Origin: Marsupella aquatica
Taxonomy: Eukaryota > Plantae > Marchantiophyta
Length of the DNA: 64,000 nucleotides
NCBI GenBank assembly: GCA_973895155.1
Contig: OZ316893.1
Location: 11,796,359-11,860,358, forward strand
Direction of reading: 5' to 3'
Shown piece after piece: positions 12,772 through 23,258 of this stretch (positions are counted from its first letter, which is position 1; every line of letters starts with the position of its first letter). The position numbers were made by a program, and so were the translations under genes. The notes under the pieces are model-generated. The model worked only from the letters and a program-made list of their open reading frames with translations. It did not search any database and was not told the DNA's origin.

Positions 12772-14023
12772 CAGATGTGAACTTTGCTATGCGGACTGTG
12801 CAAACAAAAGTTTGTATGTGTTGATTGAGTTGGCGACGGTTTGGGGAAATCATTGTGTGGATCCGTGGTAGCTCGGATCGTATTGAATAGATCGTTGGCA
12901 TCTTGGTTGGTTGCTGGTAACGGATCTGAAGTGGGAGATCCAAGTTCTGAAGTTCTGCTGTTGATGGTTTTTGGACAGAGTTCTCAAGCAGATCGGTGGT
13001 GCCCTCCGATCATTGTGAAGCCTTTGATAAGCTGATTGGGTGATTATTGTGAGCTCTTTGATAAGGATTTGTGCGTGTAGTGGGCTGCTCTGTAGATCTG
13101 AATCTGCATATCAATTGGTCGATGTTTGTTCCATTTTTCGGGAAGAAAGAAAAGAGCTTTCGACAATTTTTGGGTTCCTGCTGGTCGACAACTTTTCATG
13201 AAGGAAATCAGCAGTTTTTGGGAGCTTTTCGTGAAAGAAGTAGTCATTTTTGGGGTCAGGTGTGAGGCACGCGAGGTCACCTATCCCGAAAGTGCTCCCA
13301 ACCACAAGCGCGAAGTCATCCATCGTGAGCGCAGGTAGGCGCGAGGTCGAGGTCACCCATCCCGGGGCTATTATGGGCCGTGAGCGCGAGGGGAGGCACG
13401 AGGGCTATTCCAAGTCGCGAGCGCAAGGCGAAGCGCAAGGTCACCCATCTTGGGGCTATTCTCAGCCGCAAGCGCTTAACTGGCAAGTTCTCATCCCACC
13501 TTATGTACACACAAGTTTTCACAACTTGTTGTTTAGATTCAAGTGCCAGAGGGCTTTATACACTTTCCGGTTTGCTTAGAGCCTTGTTTCGGGCCAAATT
13601 AGAGGTTCTTTAGAGAGGTTTTTGATAGTTTTGAGTTCATCTAAATACACAGATTGAACCAATTCTGCATGGTTTCTCATCTATAACATTGGGACATCAT
13701 GAAGCCTATTATGAAGGCCTTTCATTGAATATTATGAAGATTTGTTTGATCAATGTGTGATCACTCTTGGTGTGGAGAGTTAGTGTTTGACTATTCTTGT
13801 TGATTGGATCCTCTCCACACTTGTTTCCTGTTTATGCGCCATGTTGGTTTGGTATGGGCGCTTGATTCCATAGGAGTGATCCGGGTTTGCAAACGGACAT
13901 TCTAGTGTGCTGTGTATTTCTCTCCTAGTGATGTTGGAGTGATGCCCAACACACCATGGTGAGTGCTTGTGGTGCTGACAGGGACAGATTGCCCTTAGGG
14001 TTAGCACATAGATTAGATTAGGG

Positions 14024-15260
14024 TTGGTCACCACGGATTCTTCTGGTGCTGCTGGGTTACCTGATGGACGACGGACCGGTTTCACTCGGAGTGGGGCACA
14101 ATTTCGGCCAGCGGCATTGGTAGCAGTCAACAATGCAGCTTTAGATAGTGATTCCGATGAGGACTCAGTCACCAGTTCTCCTCATCATCAGGTGGTTGCA
14201 CCTTTGTTGTGGGATATGGACGAGATGTACGGGGCTACAAAGGGCCCACGACGATACTCTGGTGCAGTTGGCACAATTGATCTGGATGACTTCATCCAGG
14301 AGTTTGATACGTGGTGCGATATGCAGACACTGCATAACGCCACATTATTTACCCCTTTCATGGCATGGAAAGGATTATTTCAGCATTTGGAGGGGCCACC
14401 CATGGATGACTACCATGAGTTTGGGAAGGCTCATTTAGTTGAGATTGAGGCATGGAGGCAACATTGATCGCCTAATTATGTGTCCATCACCTATGGCACT
14501 AGTGCGGCTGCCCAACCCATTGCCACAGCTGCTGCTTCTTCTAGCAGCACTAGCCAGAGTGGCACACCATCCACCAGCAACACTCAAGCAGCATCCACCG
14601 CTACTCCTGCCGGTGTGATTGTGACAGGAACTGGAGTTGCGCCAGCATTTAACCCTGTGGTGGAATTCTTTGAGGTACTGAAGCAGAACTATCAGGGTGT
14701 GAGAACTGATAAGTTGAAGGGTCTCCAGGAGTTTCAGCGCAAGACTGGAGAGAGTCTACGCGAGGCATACACTCGTATGCGCAGATTGATCACCGTCACC
14801 AAGGGAGTGACAGAGGCTCAGGCAGTCCAGTTTTGGTATGCAATTCTGGGCAGAGAATTGTGACGCAGAGTGAGAGATGTCACCCTGCTTAGGGATGCAG
14901 ATCCCACATTGGCAATTGTTTTTACCCTTTCTAAGCATATTGAGCTCAATATGGTGAATGAGAAGGTGGTGACTTCTGGATTTTCCAAGGAAGCACCAAA
15001 GGCTGCATCTATATCCACACCACAGCCTACTGCACGGAAGAGCCAGAGGGAGAAGCCTACTGCACGAGAGTCTACCAGCCAGAGACTTGTGCCCTCTTAT
15101 GTTGGACAGCAGTCAGGATGTTGGACTTGTGGTGGGGATCATGCACAGAGATATTGCCCAGATCATAGAGGATCAGGGGGAGCATCAGCGCCTAATCAGC
15201 GATAGTGTGATCACTGTGGAGCTCCTGGACACACCAAGGATAGGTGTTTCTCACTCCACC
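14024..15260 (+). pseudogene. Gag region of the retroelement polyprotein, with two zinc knuckles
   Basis: DLDDFIQEFDTWC and FQRKTGESLREAYTRMRRL (retrotransposon gag-like). Knuckles CWTCGGDHAQRYC and CDHCGAPGHTKDRC. In-frame stops; true start not resolved. Confidence 0.85.
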
Positions 15261-16099
15261 CTGAGTTACGGAGAGGAGGATCACGTACACATGATCAGGG
15301 AAGAGGAGGAGGAGGTAGAGGTGGTGGACATGGTCGTGGCATGCCACATGCAGGGAGACAGGGAGGTGACGTTGCCCTTGTTGTAACCATAGATCCAAAG
15401 GATGCTAAAATTGCTCAATTGGAGCAACAACTAGCTGCCATGGCTAGTTCCCAGGTGAGACCTAATTCTGGTGATGGGGCATCTACATCCTATGGACCTT
15501 CCACATCCCATGGTCCTTCCACATCTTATGGAGCTGATGGAGACCTTGCCACCATGGGATTCATGTGTGGCACTGCACATATTGATGCATCAGCAGCGTT
15601 GACACGTGGGGCAGCCAAAGCTCTTGAGCCCCGAGGAGCAGTAGTGGAGTTAAATCCACAGAGGGGGGATGCACATCGGCAGACAAAGCTTCCTCAATCT
15701 TTTACATTGTCAGAGATAGTTCAGACTCCCTCTATGAACCTGGTTCGGACAAACCCTTATGTGGGTAAGTTGGCAGAATCAGGTAGTGATGCAGTAGGGA
15801 TGACAGGTACCCTGCTGGGGGCGGCTACTGCCATGGTACACACCCCATTATTTTCAGCGACAGACATGCTGAACTTGGGAGTTGGTCCTGTAGAAGTGTT
15901 CAGATTGGCAGCTACACTCTATGAGGACACTCCAGTGGTTGCTTCCCATGTAGAAGCAGCTTGCAGTGTTGAAGCAGTGAAGATCATGCCACCTACTGCT
16001 ACTAGTGAGACATGGCATGCAGCAGCAGCAAGGTTGGTGGATTTACCAGCACGCCCTCCATTTGAGAGGACTAGGTTTAATCCTAGAATTGTGTCATTG

Positions 16100-16500
16100 G
16101 ATAATCAAAGTGGTATCTTCCGATTAGTTGGGCCTTCTAGGGCAGTATACCAGCCAGAGAGAGTGTTATTGGATACTGGTGCTCAGCCCTTGATGTTGGG
16201 TAAGTCTGCCATATGTGGATTGGGATTGCGTCCAGAGGATTTGGAGGATTGTCCCTTTCCCATTCAGACTTCATTGGGGGGACCTACACCTACATAGCAC
16301 ATTACCAGGAGACCTCTTGATTTAAGGATTCAGGAAGGTCATACCACAGATAGCTCACAAATACAGGCGCGAGCTATTCTGACTAAGGCAGAGTCATATG
16401 ATGTGTTGGTGGGATGTACAGTGCTCTACCCCATGGGATTTATTCTTGATTTTTGGGAGGAATCAGTGTCATACAGACCTGATTGGCAGTCAAGAGATGC
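16100..16500 (+). pseudogene. Aspartic protease domain
   Basis: VLLDTGAQPLMLG (DTG at ~16172) and downstream YDVLVG, in the same frame as gag. Confidence 0.85.
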
Positions 16501-16879
16501 TCGATTGAGCAAATTTCCAGTGAGATTTAGTGGACCTGTGGGAGGCCCTAAATCCACACCATTGTCTTTGGCAACATTCAGTGGTCTAATTGCTGGACCT
16601 GATGATTTGATTGAGGGTAATGCGCATTCAGCAGATGTTCCACCCTTGGAGGAGTCTCATGAGGAGCACATCATGTGAGGATTACCTGTTGGCAGTGTTG
16701 TGCCACCAGTGTGGGGCACTGCACAGGCCTTGCCACAGGCAACAGCACGATTGGTACATGATGCATGGCGTCATGCTTGTACACCATAGTCAGGACCAGA
16801 GCAGTCTCTTGCAGATGGACCTGTGACTCTTTCACCATTGGATACCACTCCTATTGCTTGGCAATATCCACTGGAGGGT

Positions 16880-17830
16880 ATTTGTTTGTTGGATCTTTTT
16901 GGTGGGATTAGCACTAGATTGGCTGCTGTTCTTCAGACAAGAATTCTTGTGCGTCGTTATTTGTATGTGGAGACAGATGAGACAGCACGGAGGGTCTCAT
17001 TGTGACATGTGGCTATGTTGGTGGATAGATATCCACAATTGCTGCCAGTGAATGCTGTTCGTGGTTATCAGCACTAGTTACCTGCTGATATTTCATTGCT
17101 GGGGGCGGATCATCTACATCGTGTTGGCCCCATTGATTTGGTGATTGCTGGTTGGCCATGTTAGGGCCAATCTAGAGCTGGCATTGGGCATGGACTTCAT
17201 GATCCACGCTCTGCACTATTTTGGGAGATGTTACGGGTGCTACATCATCTCCAGCTACATCAAATACAGTCTCCAACATACATTTTGGAGAATGTGCCAT
17301 TGTTAGGTGATGATCGTAGTCGGATTGTTGCTAGTGTTCACCAGGTGAGGTCTTGGATTGGACCTGTTGTGTTATTGGATGCTGCACGTGTGGGTTCTCG
17401 TGCACATCGTCCACACTTGTGGTGGACCAATTTGATCCCATATGAGGTGCTGAAGCGCGCATCTGACAGCATTCCACGCTCACCAGCCTTAGTGGTGGAT
17501 GATATTTTGGATCCAGGGCGTCGTGCACAGGGTGTGACCCAACCTGATAGACCTCCATTGGTAGTGGTCAATGCAGTTGGGCGCCCACGTTGTGCATTAC
17601 CCATTCTTGTAAGCCACTCTGCTTCATATGCATTCAGAGAAGGTGGCCCTGGACTTGTGTGGGACACAGCTCTCCAACAGTTAGTGGAGTCTACTGCTGA
17701 TGAGAGAGAGCGTGCTATGGGATTTTTGACTGGCACCACTGCAGTTGCCTCTGTGTCAGAGGGTTTGCGGCGCCAGGTTCTTGGTCAAGCAATGGATCTG
17801 AATTGTTTGACTTGGATTATCAGCTTGGGA
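16880..17830 (+). pseudogene. DNA (cytosine-5) methyltransferase domain, DNMT3-like, inside the polyprotein
   Basis: Motif I LDLFGGI, II YVETD, IV DLVIAGWPC*GQSRAG (catalytic Cys 17159-17161), VI YILENV, VIII DAARVGSRAHRPHLWWTN, IX ERERAMGF, X RRQVLGQAMDL. Canonical order, same frame as gag, PR and RT; three premature stops. Confidence 0.92.
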
Positions 17831-18043
17831 GTAGCTGAACAGTTGCGGATGCACTCTGCTAGAATTACTGATTGTCCCTTGGTGAGCTTGCGGTCCACTG
17901 AGACAGTACTGACCACAGTTGGGGGCGAGCAGACCTATGGACCTATGGCTGGACAGATTGTTGAGTAGGAAGGGACTGCTCAATCTACTACTAAATAGCA
18001 AACATCAACTATCTCTTCTACCCTACAAAGAGATATTAGGGAT

Positions 18044-19593
18044 TTGGTGGAGAGTTGGGAACCACAGCTTGGCCCTAAGTTGACAGGGAAGGAGAGACGT
18101 CGCATGCATCGATTCCTAAAGAGTTATTGGAATTGTTTTGCATTTAGCATGAAGGATTTGGGGACATTAAAGGGTCCTGGTATTCAGATTGAATTGGCTA
18201 GTGATGCGCCAATCTTTCATAGGCCATACCATTACAGTGACATGGAGAGAGCTCTGATTCAAAGTAGAACTCAAGATTTGTTGGAGGCTGGATTGGTGGA
18301 GATTTCATATGGGAAGTATGCATCTGCCATAGTGATGTCAGCCAAGAAGGATGTGCATGGCAATTACACAGATAGGCGCATGTATGGTGATTATAGACCC
18401 ATTAATCGCCAGACAAAATCTGATAGATATGCCATGCCCACACCTGAGGAGATCTTTGATGCTGTGGGGCATGCAAAGGTTTTTAGTTCATTGGATCTAA
18501 GGGCAGGGTACCATCAGCTTCCAATTAGGCATGCTGACAGGTCCAAGACAACATTCTGGGGGATTGATTCTTATAGCAAAGATCGTTTGTATCAATGGTT
18601 ATTCTTACCATTTGGATTGAAGAATGCACCAGCTGAGTTCCAGAGAGTCATGGATCGAATCCTTGCAGGTTTGGATTTTGTCAGATGTTATATTGATGAT
18701 ATTTTGGTTTATTCTTCTACTGTGGAAGAACATCAGCAGCACTTGCAGATTGTGTTGGAGAGATTGAGAGCACATGGGTTGAAGCTCCATCCTAGCAAGT
18801 GTAAGTTCTTCCAAGACCAGATTGAGTATTTGGGCCACACTATATACCCAGGGGGATTGGGTGTACAGCAAACTAAAGTGGAGGCCATTACAGAGATTCC
18901 TTGTCCTACTGATGTGAGTAGAGTTCGTGCATTCTTGGGATTGGCGAGCTACTACAGGAGGTATGTTAAAAGATTTAGCGAGCTTGTTAAACCTTTGACC
19001 ATACTCACTAAGTTGGATCAGAAATGGATTTGGGCTGATGACCAGGAGCATGCCTTTCAGGAGTTGAAGCAAAGGTTGGCATCATCCCCTATTTTGAGAA
19101 GACCCATTTCAGGCAGACCATTTCAGCCACACACTGATTGGAGTGGAGTAGGACTTGGAGCAGTGCTGACTCAGAAGGATGATGAGGGGAATGAGTTTGT
19201 TGTGGCTTATGCCAATAGATCAACAATTCAGCAGAGGCTAAGTATAGCTCTTATGAGGGAGAATGTTTGGCAGCAGTGTGGGTTGTTGCACATTTTCGTT
19301 GCTACTTGTTTGGTAACCCCTTCACCTTGATCACTGATCATCAGCCTCTTAAGTGGTTAATGGAGTCTGACAAGCTTATAGGGAAGCTTGCACGATGGGC
19401 ATTGTTGTTACAGGAGTATGATTTCCAGGTGGTACATAGGCCTGGGAAAGTGAACTTGGATGCAGATGGATTAAGCCGCAATCCATGTACTAGTCAGCAG
19501 GATGAGACTGGAGCCAGATGGCATGATGAGTCAGATAAGGAGATGGTGCCAGGATGGCATGCATCTGCCTTTCTTTGTTGGGTGCCAGCATAA
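18044..19593 (+). pseudogene. Ty3/gypsy reverse transcriptase and RNase H
   Basis: DYRPIN, LDLRAGYHQ, LPFGLKNAP, YIDD; RNase H TDWS, EGECLA, TDHQPL. One frameshift near 19220. Confidence 0.95.
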
Positions 19594-19602
19594 AGTGGAT
19601 TT

Positions 19603-20945
19603 GTGGACTCTACCTCATTGGATGGAGTGGATGAGGAGTCTTCAGATGTGGATGTTGGTGAGGTAACTTCTGGACAACAAGATATTCAAAATGATGTGAG
19701 AGTGTTGGAATATCTGCGTAGTGGTTCTATTGTTGGCAGTGTTGATGCCAACGAACGTGACAGGGTTCTACAAAGAGCCAAGAGGTTTCGATGGGAGAGA
19801 AACCATCTTTTGAGAGTACTGCATGATGGCAGGGTGTTGGTGGTACCAAAACCATCACAACGAGTCCATTTGGTGCGACATGCACACGAGGAGTTGGGGC
19901 ACCTTGGTGTGAAGCGCACTTATAGCTTGTTGCAGACACAGTATTGGTGGCGTGGTATGCACACTCATGTCCAGCAGTTGATAGCTAAGTGTGTGGTAGG
20001 TGATAGAGTGAGAGCATCATTTAATGCTCCCACTCCCTAGTTGCACCCGTTGCCGATCATGGGTTTGGGATATCGTTGGAGTTTGGATTTTGCTGGTCCA
20101 TTACCTCTTACCCAACGTCATAATCAGTATATTTTGGTCATGGTGGAGCACTTCTCCAAGTGGATTGAGCTAGTGGCATTGCCAGATAAAGCCAGTGGAG
20201 GAGTTGCTGCTACATTTTTGGATCGTGTACTTAGTCATTTTGGAGCACCAGCTGAGGTATTGACTGATCAGGGAACTGAGTTCCGTGGAGAGTTTGAGAA
20301 TTTGTGTGAGCAAGCTCTGATTGATCATTGTACTACCTCTCATGATCATCCTGAGGCAGATGGATTAGCTGAGAGAGTTGTGCAAACTATGAAGAGAGGA
20401 TTGCGTAAGTATGGCTTGCAGGTTGGTCATTTGGGAGATTGGGATCTCCAGCTACCTTGGTTAGCTATGGGCTACCGTTTCAGTCGGCAAACATCACTTG
20501 CATCTTTCCACCTTACTTTTTGCTCTATGGTAGAGAGCCAGATTTGCCAGCAGCTATTCGTCGTGATGTTGCACCAATTGTGAACTTGGATGATCCTGAT
20601 GTTTGGGCCAAGGTGTGTTCAGAGAGAGCACAGGTATTTCAGAGAGTGATATCCATGGCTTTTGACAACCTTGCCATTGCCCAACATCATGATACTTTGA
20701 GGTATGCCACTATTCATGGAGGAGGTTACCGTGCAAGCATTCGACGATTTCATCTTGGTGATTATGTTTATTTGCAGCAGACAGCACCCACGACACTTGA
20801 TGTGACCGCAAACCGGACAATCTTACGTGTGCATGAAGTGTTGCCTTCTGGTGTCTTGATGTTGGAGGGACGCGATGGTATGGTTTGGAAGGATTATGTG
20901 CGCAACTGTGCACCATGTCACCTCCCAACATTGATGGTACAATAG
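19603..20945 (+). pseudogene. DDE integrase (HHCC zinc finger, rve core and C-terminal region)
   Basis: HEELGHLG...WWRGM...CVVG (last Cys lost); WSLDFAGP, LTDQGTEF, DGLAER. Frameshifts near 20510 and 20930. Confidence 0.93.
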
Positions 20946-20980
20946 ATCCAAGCTTGGCACATGTTCGTGCTGGCTTGAAA

Positions 20981-21121
20981 TGTATGTTGTGTGGATCTGC
21001 TCAGGGAGCAACTACTATGTTGATTTGTGATAAGTGTTCTAGAGGATGGCACATGTCATGTTTGACACCACCATTGCAGGTGATTCCTAGTGGATCATGG
21101 TTGTGTCCTCAGTGTCGGTGA
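20981..21121 (+). pseudogene. C-terminal PHD finger of the integrase
   Basis: CMLC...MLICDKCSRGWHMSCLTPPLQVIPSGSWLCPQC is a C4HC3 PHD pattern, followed by the stop. Confidence 0.9.
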
Positions 21122-21285
21122 AGCCAACTAGTTATCATTTGTGTTCTCTTGGCAGATATGGATTGCAGGTAGGTGATCGATGGGGCTCACTTGCATCCGG
21201 CCTCTTGATCTTCACACCTAAAAAGGTGTATATCAACCTTGTAGAACTCATGGCTAGCTAGAGTTAGGGGACCTTACTTCCAGCT

Positions 21286-21295
21286 AGGGGGGCGA
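21286..21295 (+). promoter_or_regulatory. Polypurine tract
   Basis: AGGGGGGCGA immediately before repeat B1. Confidence 0.75.
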
Positions 21296-21432
21296 TTGTG
21301 GGTTTTGGACATATGTGGACATGAGTTCCACTTGTATTCCATTCTCTTGTGTTTGTGATGTGGCAGTGTGACTATGTCTGGATGTATATGACAAGCGATG
21401 TATGTTATGTAGTGATGTGTATGCACACGACA
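21296..21432 (+). repeat. Repeat B1 (137 bp)
   Basis: Matches B2 (21766-21902), 11 mismatches by eye; ends ...CACGACA. Confidence 0.95.
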
Positions 21433-21434
21433 AC

Positions 21435-21765
21435 TATCACACCATTCTAGGTACTGGTAGAGTGTATCATACTATCTAGATCCGTATATTTGGTATGTGT
21501 GCTATATGACCCGATAAGGTTCCGTTAGGTTTGTGTGAGAGGGTACTTCTCACTTGTGAGGCATTGAAAGGTCATCTTTCAATGTTGAGCCTTGGAGAGA
21601 GAGGAGCTTGAGTGTGGCTATGGTGGCTGTGAGCTCCGCTTGTGTAACGTGGATTCCTTGAGTAGTGCAAGGTGCGTTGGCTTGACATACGTGTGTGATC
21701 GGATCGGTGCGGGATCAATGGGGTATTGTTGACCGGGATCGTTGTGCCGATTGTTGAGGAGATTA
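21435..21765 (+). repeat. Repeat A2 (331 bp)
   Basis: Copy of 12430-12760, separated from B1 by the dinucleotide AC. Confidence 0.95.
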
Positions 21766-21902
21766 TTGTGGGTTTTGGACATGTGTGGACATGAGTTCCA
21801 CTTGTATTCCATTCTCTTGTGTTTGTGATGTGGCAGTGTGACTATGTTTTGATATATGTGACAAGCGATGTATGTTGTGTAGCAATGTGTATGCGCATGA
21901 TA
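21766..21902 (+). repeat. Terminal repeat B2 (137 bp)
   Basis: Copy of B1, abutting A2 and followed by the TSD CCTA. Confidence 0.95.
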
Positions 21903-22747
21903 CCTATGGGGGTACAATTCGGAGGGAGGAAAACATGTTCCACTGGTTCCTTGGGCTAGGTTGGCTAGACCCAGAGTTGAAGGTGGATTGGGGCTAAAAG
22001 TCATTCAGACGCGCTTTTGTCTCAATGGTTTACTGGGGCTTTAGACTCCCCCAATACTGAATGGGCAAGGTTGTTTGCTGAAAATCTGAGGCTGGTTAGC
22101 TGGGTGAACTTTAAGGTGATCCAAAGGAATCAATATTTTTTCCAAGACAAAATGTTATTATGTTGTCCTTGTTCATTCAATGGATTAGCTTACCTTGGTG
22201 GGCTGTGGAAAGCTTGGATCCAACTCTGGGCACACTTGATCTTTTTGACTACCACTGTTATGCCCGGTAGATGGATAGTAAATGATGCTCTCCGTTGCTT
22301 AAAGGGACTACAGGCCTGGCCTAACGAGGACTATGCAGTGGTTACAAGACTATGTGGTAGGATGGATATCCGTTGCATTCAGGACTTATGGTCTGGGGAC
22401 TCTCATGAATAGCGCAACATGGAAGCCAAATTGGAGCAGACAGAGGGTTCACCCGGAGAGAGAAGAGCTGCTGCAGAGATTTTTTGAGGAAGATCAGGGA
22501 AACTAAAAGTTGCAACAAGAATGTTGCCCCCGGATTGCGATGTTGGTGTTGGGCCGACTGTCCTGATGGCCTAAAAGCATTTAGGATCAACAATCGGCGG
22601 GCTTATATCCTTCTACACCCCTCTATAGGAGATCATGGTAAACTGAATTATACATGGAGCAGTCACAAAACTGACGTGGAATGGAACTCTCTATGGACAG
22701 GACTGTGATGTTCAGACTTATCATCTCGGGCTAAGACATTTATCTGG

Positions 22748-23258
22748 GGGTAGCGAGGATCATCAATTATCAACCACCCCCTAGATAAACATTTTTTATC
22801 AGCCACCCCCCAGATAAGCGAATTTTTTTGAATCTCAGTTGAGCAGCTAAGATGACGACTTTGCACTTCCACGCATCTCACCTAGGCAGCTGAGATTGAC
22901 TCAATCTCAGCTGACCTCGCCGAGATTGGCGTGCGGACAAAAAAAATGAGAAAAAAATTATTTTCTTGAAAAATTCAAAACAAAAAAGAATTTGAGAAAA
23001 AAATCGACAAAATTTGGTGTCCGTACCGTATGGACATCTGGCCATCTCGGCTGGCCCCGCCGAGAAGTGACGTCCGTACGGTACGGATACCCATAGTGAA
23101 AAAAATTTCAAAAATTTTTTTTTTTTATTCATCAAATTTTGAGAAAAAAAAATTAAAAAAAAAATTCGCATTTTTTTCGGCTCTGCATCTTGGCGGTCTC
23201 TCTGAGATGATGTGACAACTGATGAAAACGACTCATAACTGATGATGTAATTTTACTC
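22748..23258 (+). mobile_element. ~510-bp Mutator-like MITE inserted in the LINE
   Basis: 9-bp TSD TTTATCTGG/TTTATCTAG. Removing it restores LINE TFIWRVLISGLFT. Imperfect TIRs GGGTAGCGAGGATCATCAATTAT / ATAACTGATGATGTAATTTTACTC. Confidence 0.8.

Larger units (their letters stand above)
12430..21902 (+). mobile_element. Ty3/gypsy-type retroelement with split direct repeats, encoding a DNMT3-like methyltransferase and a PHD finger
   Basis: 4-bp TSD CCTA (12426-12429 and 21903-21906). Ends TGTCAC... and ...CATGA(C>T)A. Internal gag-PR-DNMT-RT-RH-IN-PHD. Repeats arranged A1...B1-A2-B2. Confidence 0.93.

Noticed and set aside
16880-17830. Bacterial restriction-modification methylase or contamination
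   Set aside because: It is in frame within the retroelement polyprotein, shares its decay pattern and has DNMT3-like motifs VIII-X.
14024-21121. Programmed readthrough, frameshifting or RNA editing to explain the stops
   Set aside because: The stops are numerous, sit in deamination-prone contexts and accompany loss of conserved residues; ordinary decay explains them.
12430-21902. DIRS/PAT/Ngaro tyrosine-recombinase element, suggested by the split repeats and a methyltransferase
   Set aside because: No tyrosine recombinase ORF is visible. Protease, DDE integrase and a TSD are present, and the methyltransferase is C5-type, not the Dam-like domain of DIRS.
21435-21902. A2+B2 as a conventional 3' LTR with a deleted 5' LTR
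   Set aside because: The PPT precedes B1, not A2, and the primer-complementary site directly follows A1. The alternative needs both a precise loss and a precise gain of B. Disfavoured but not excluded without other copies.
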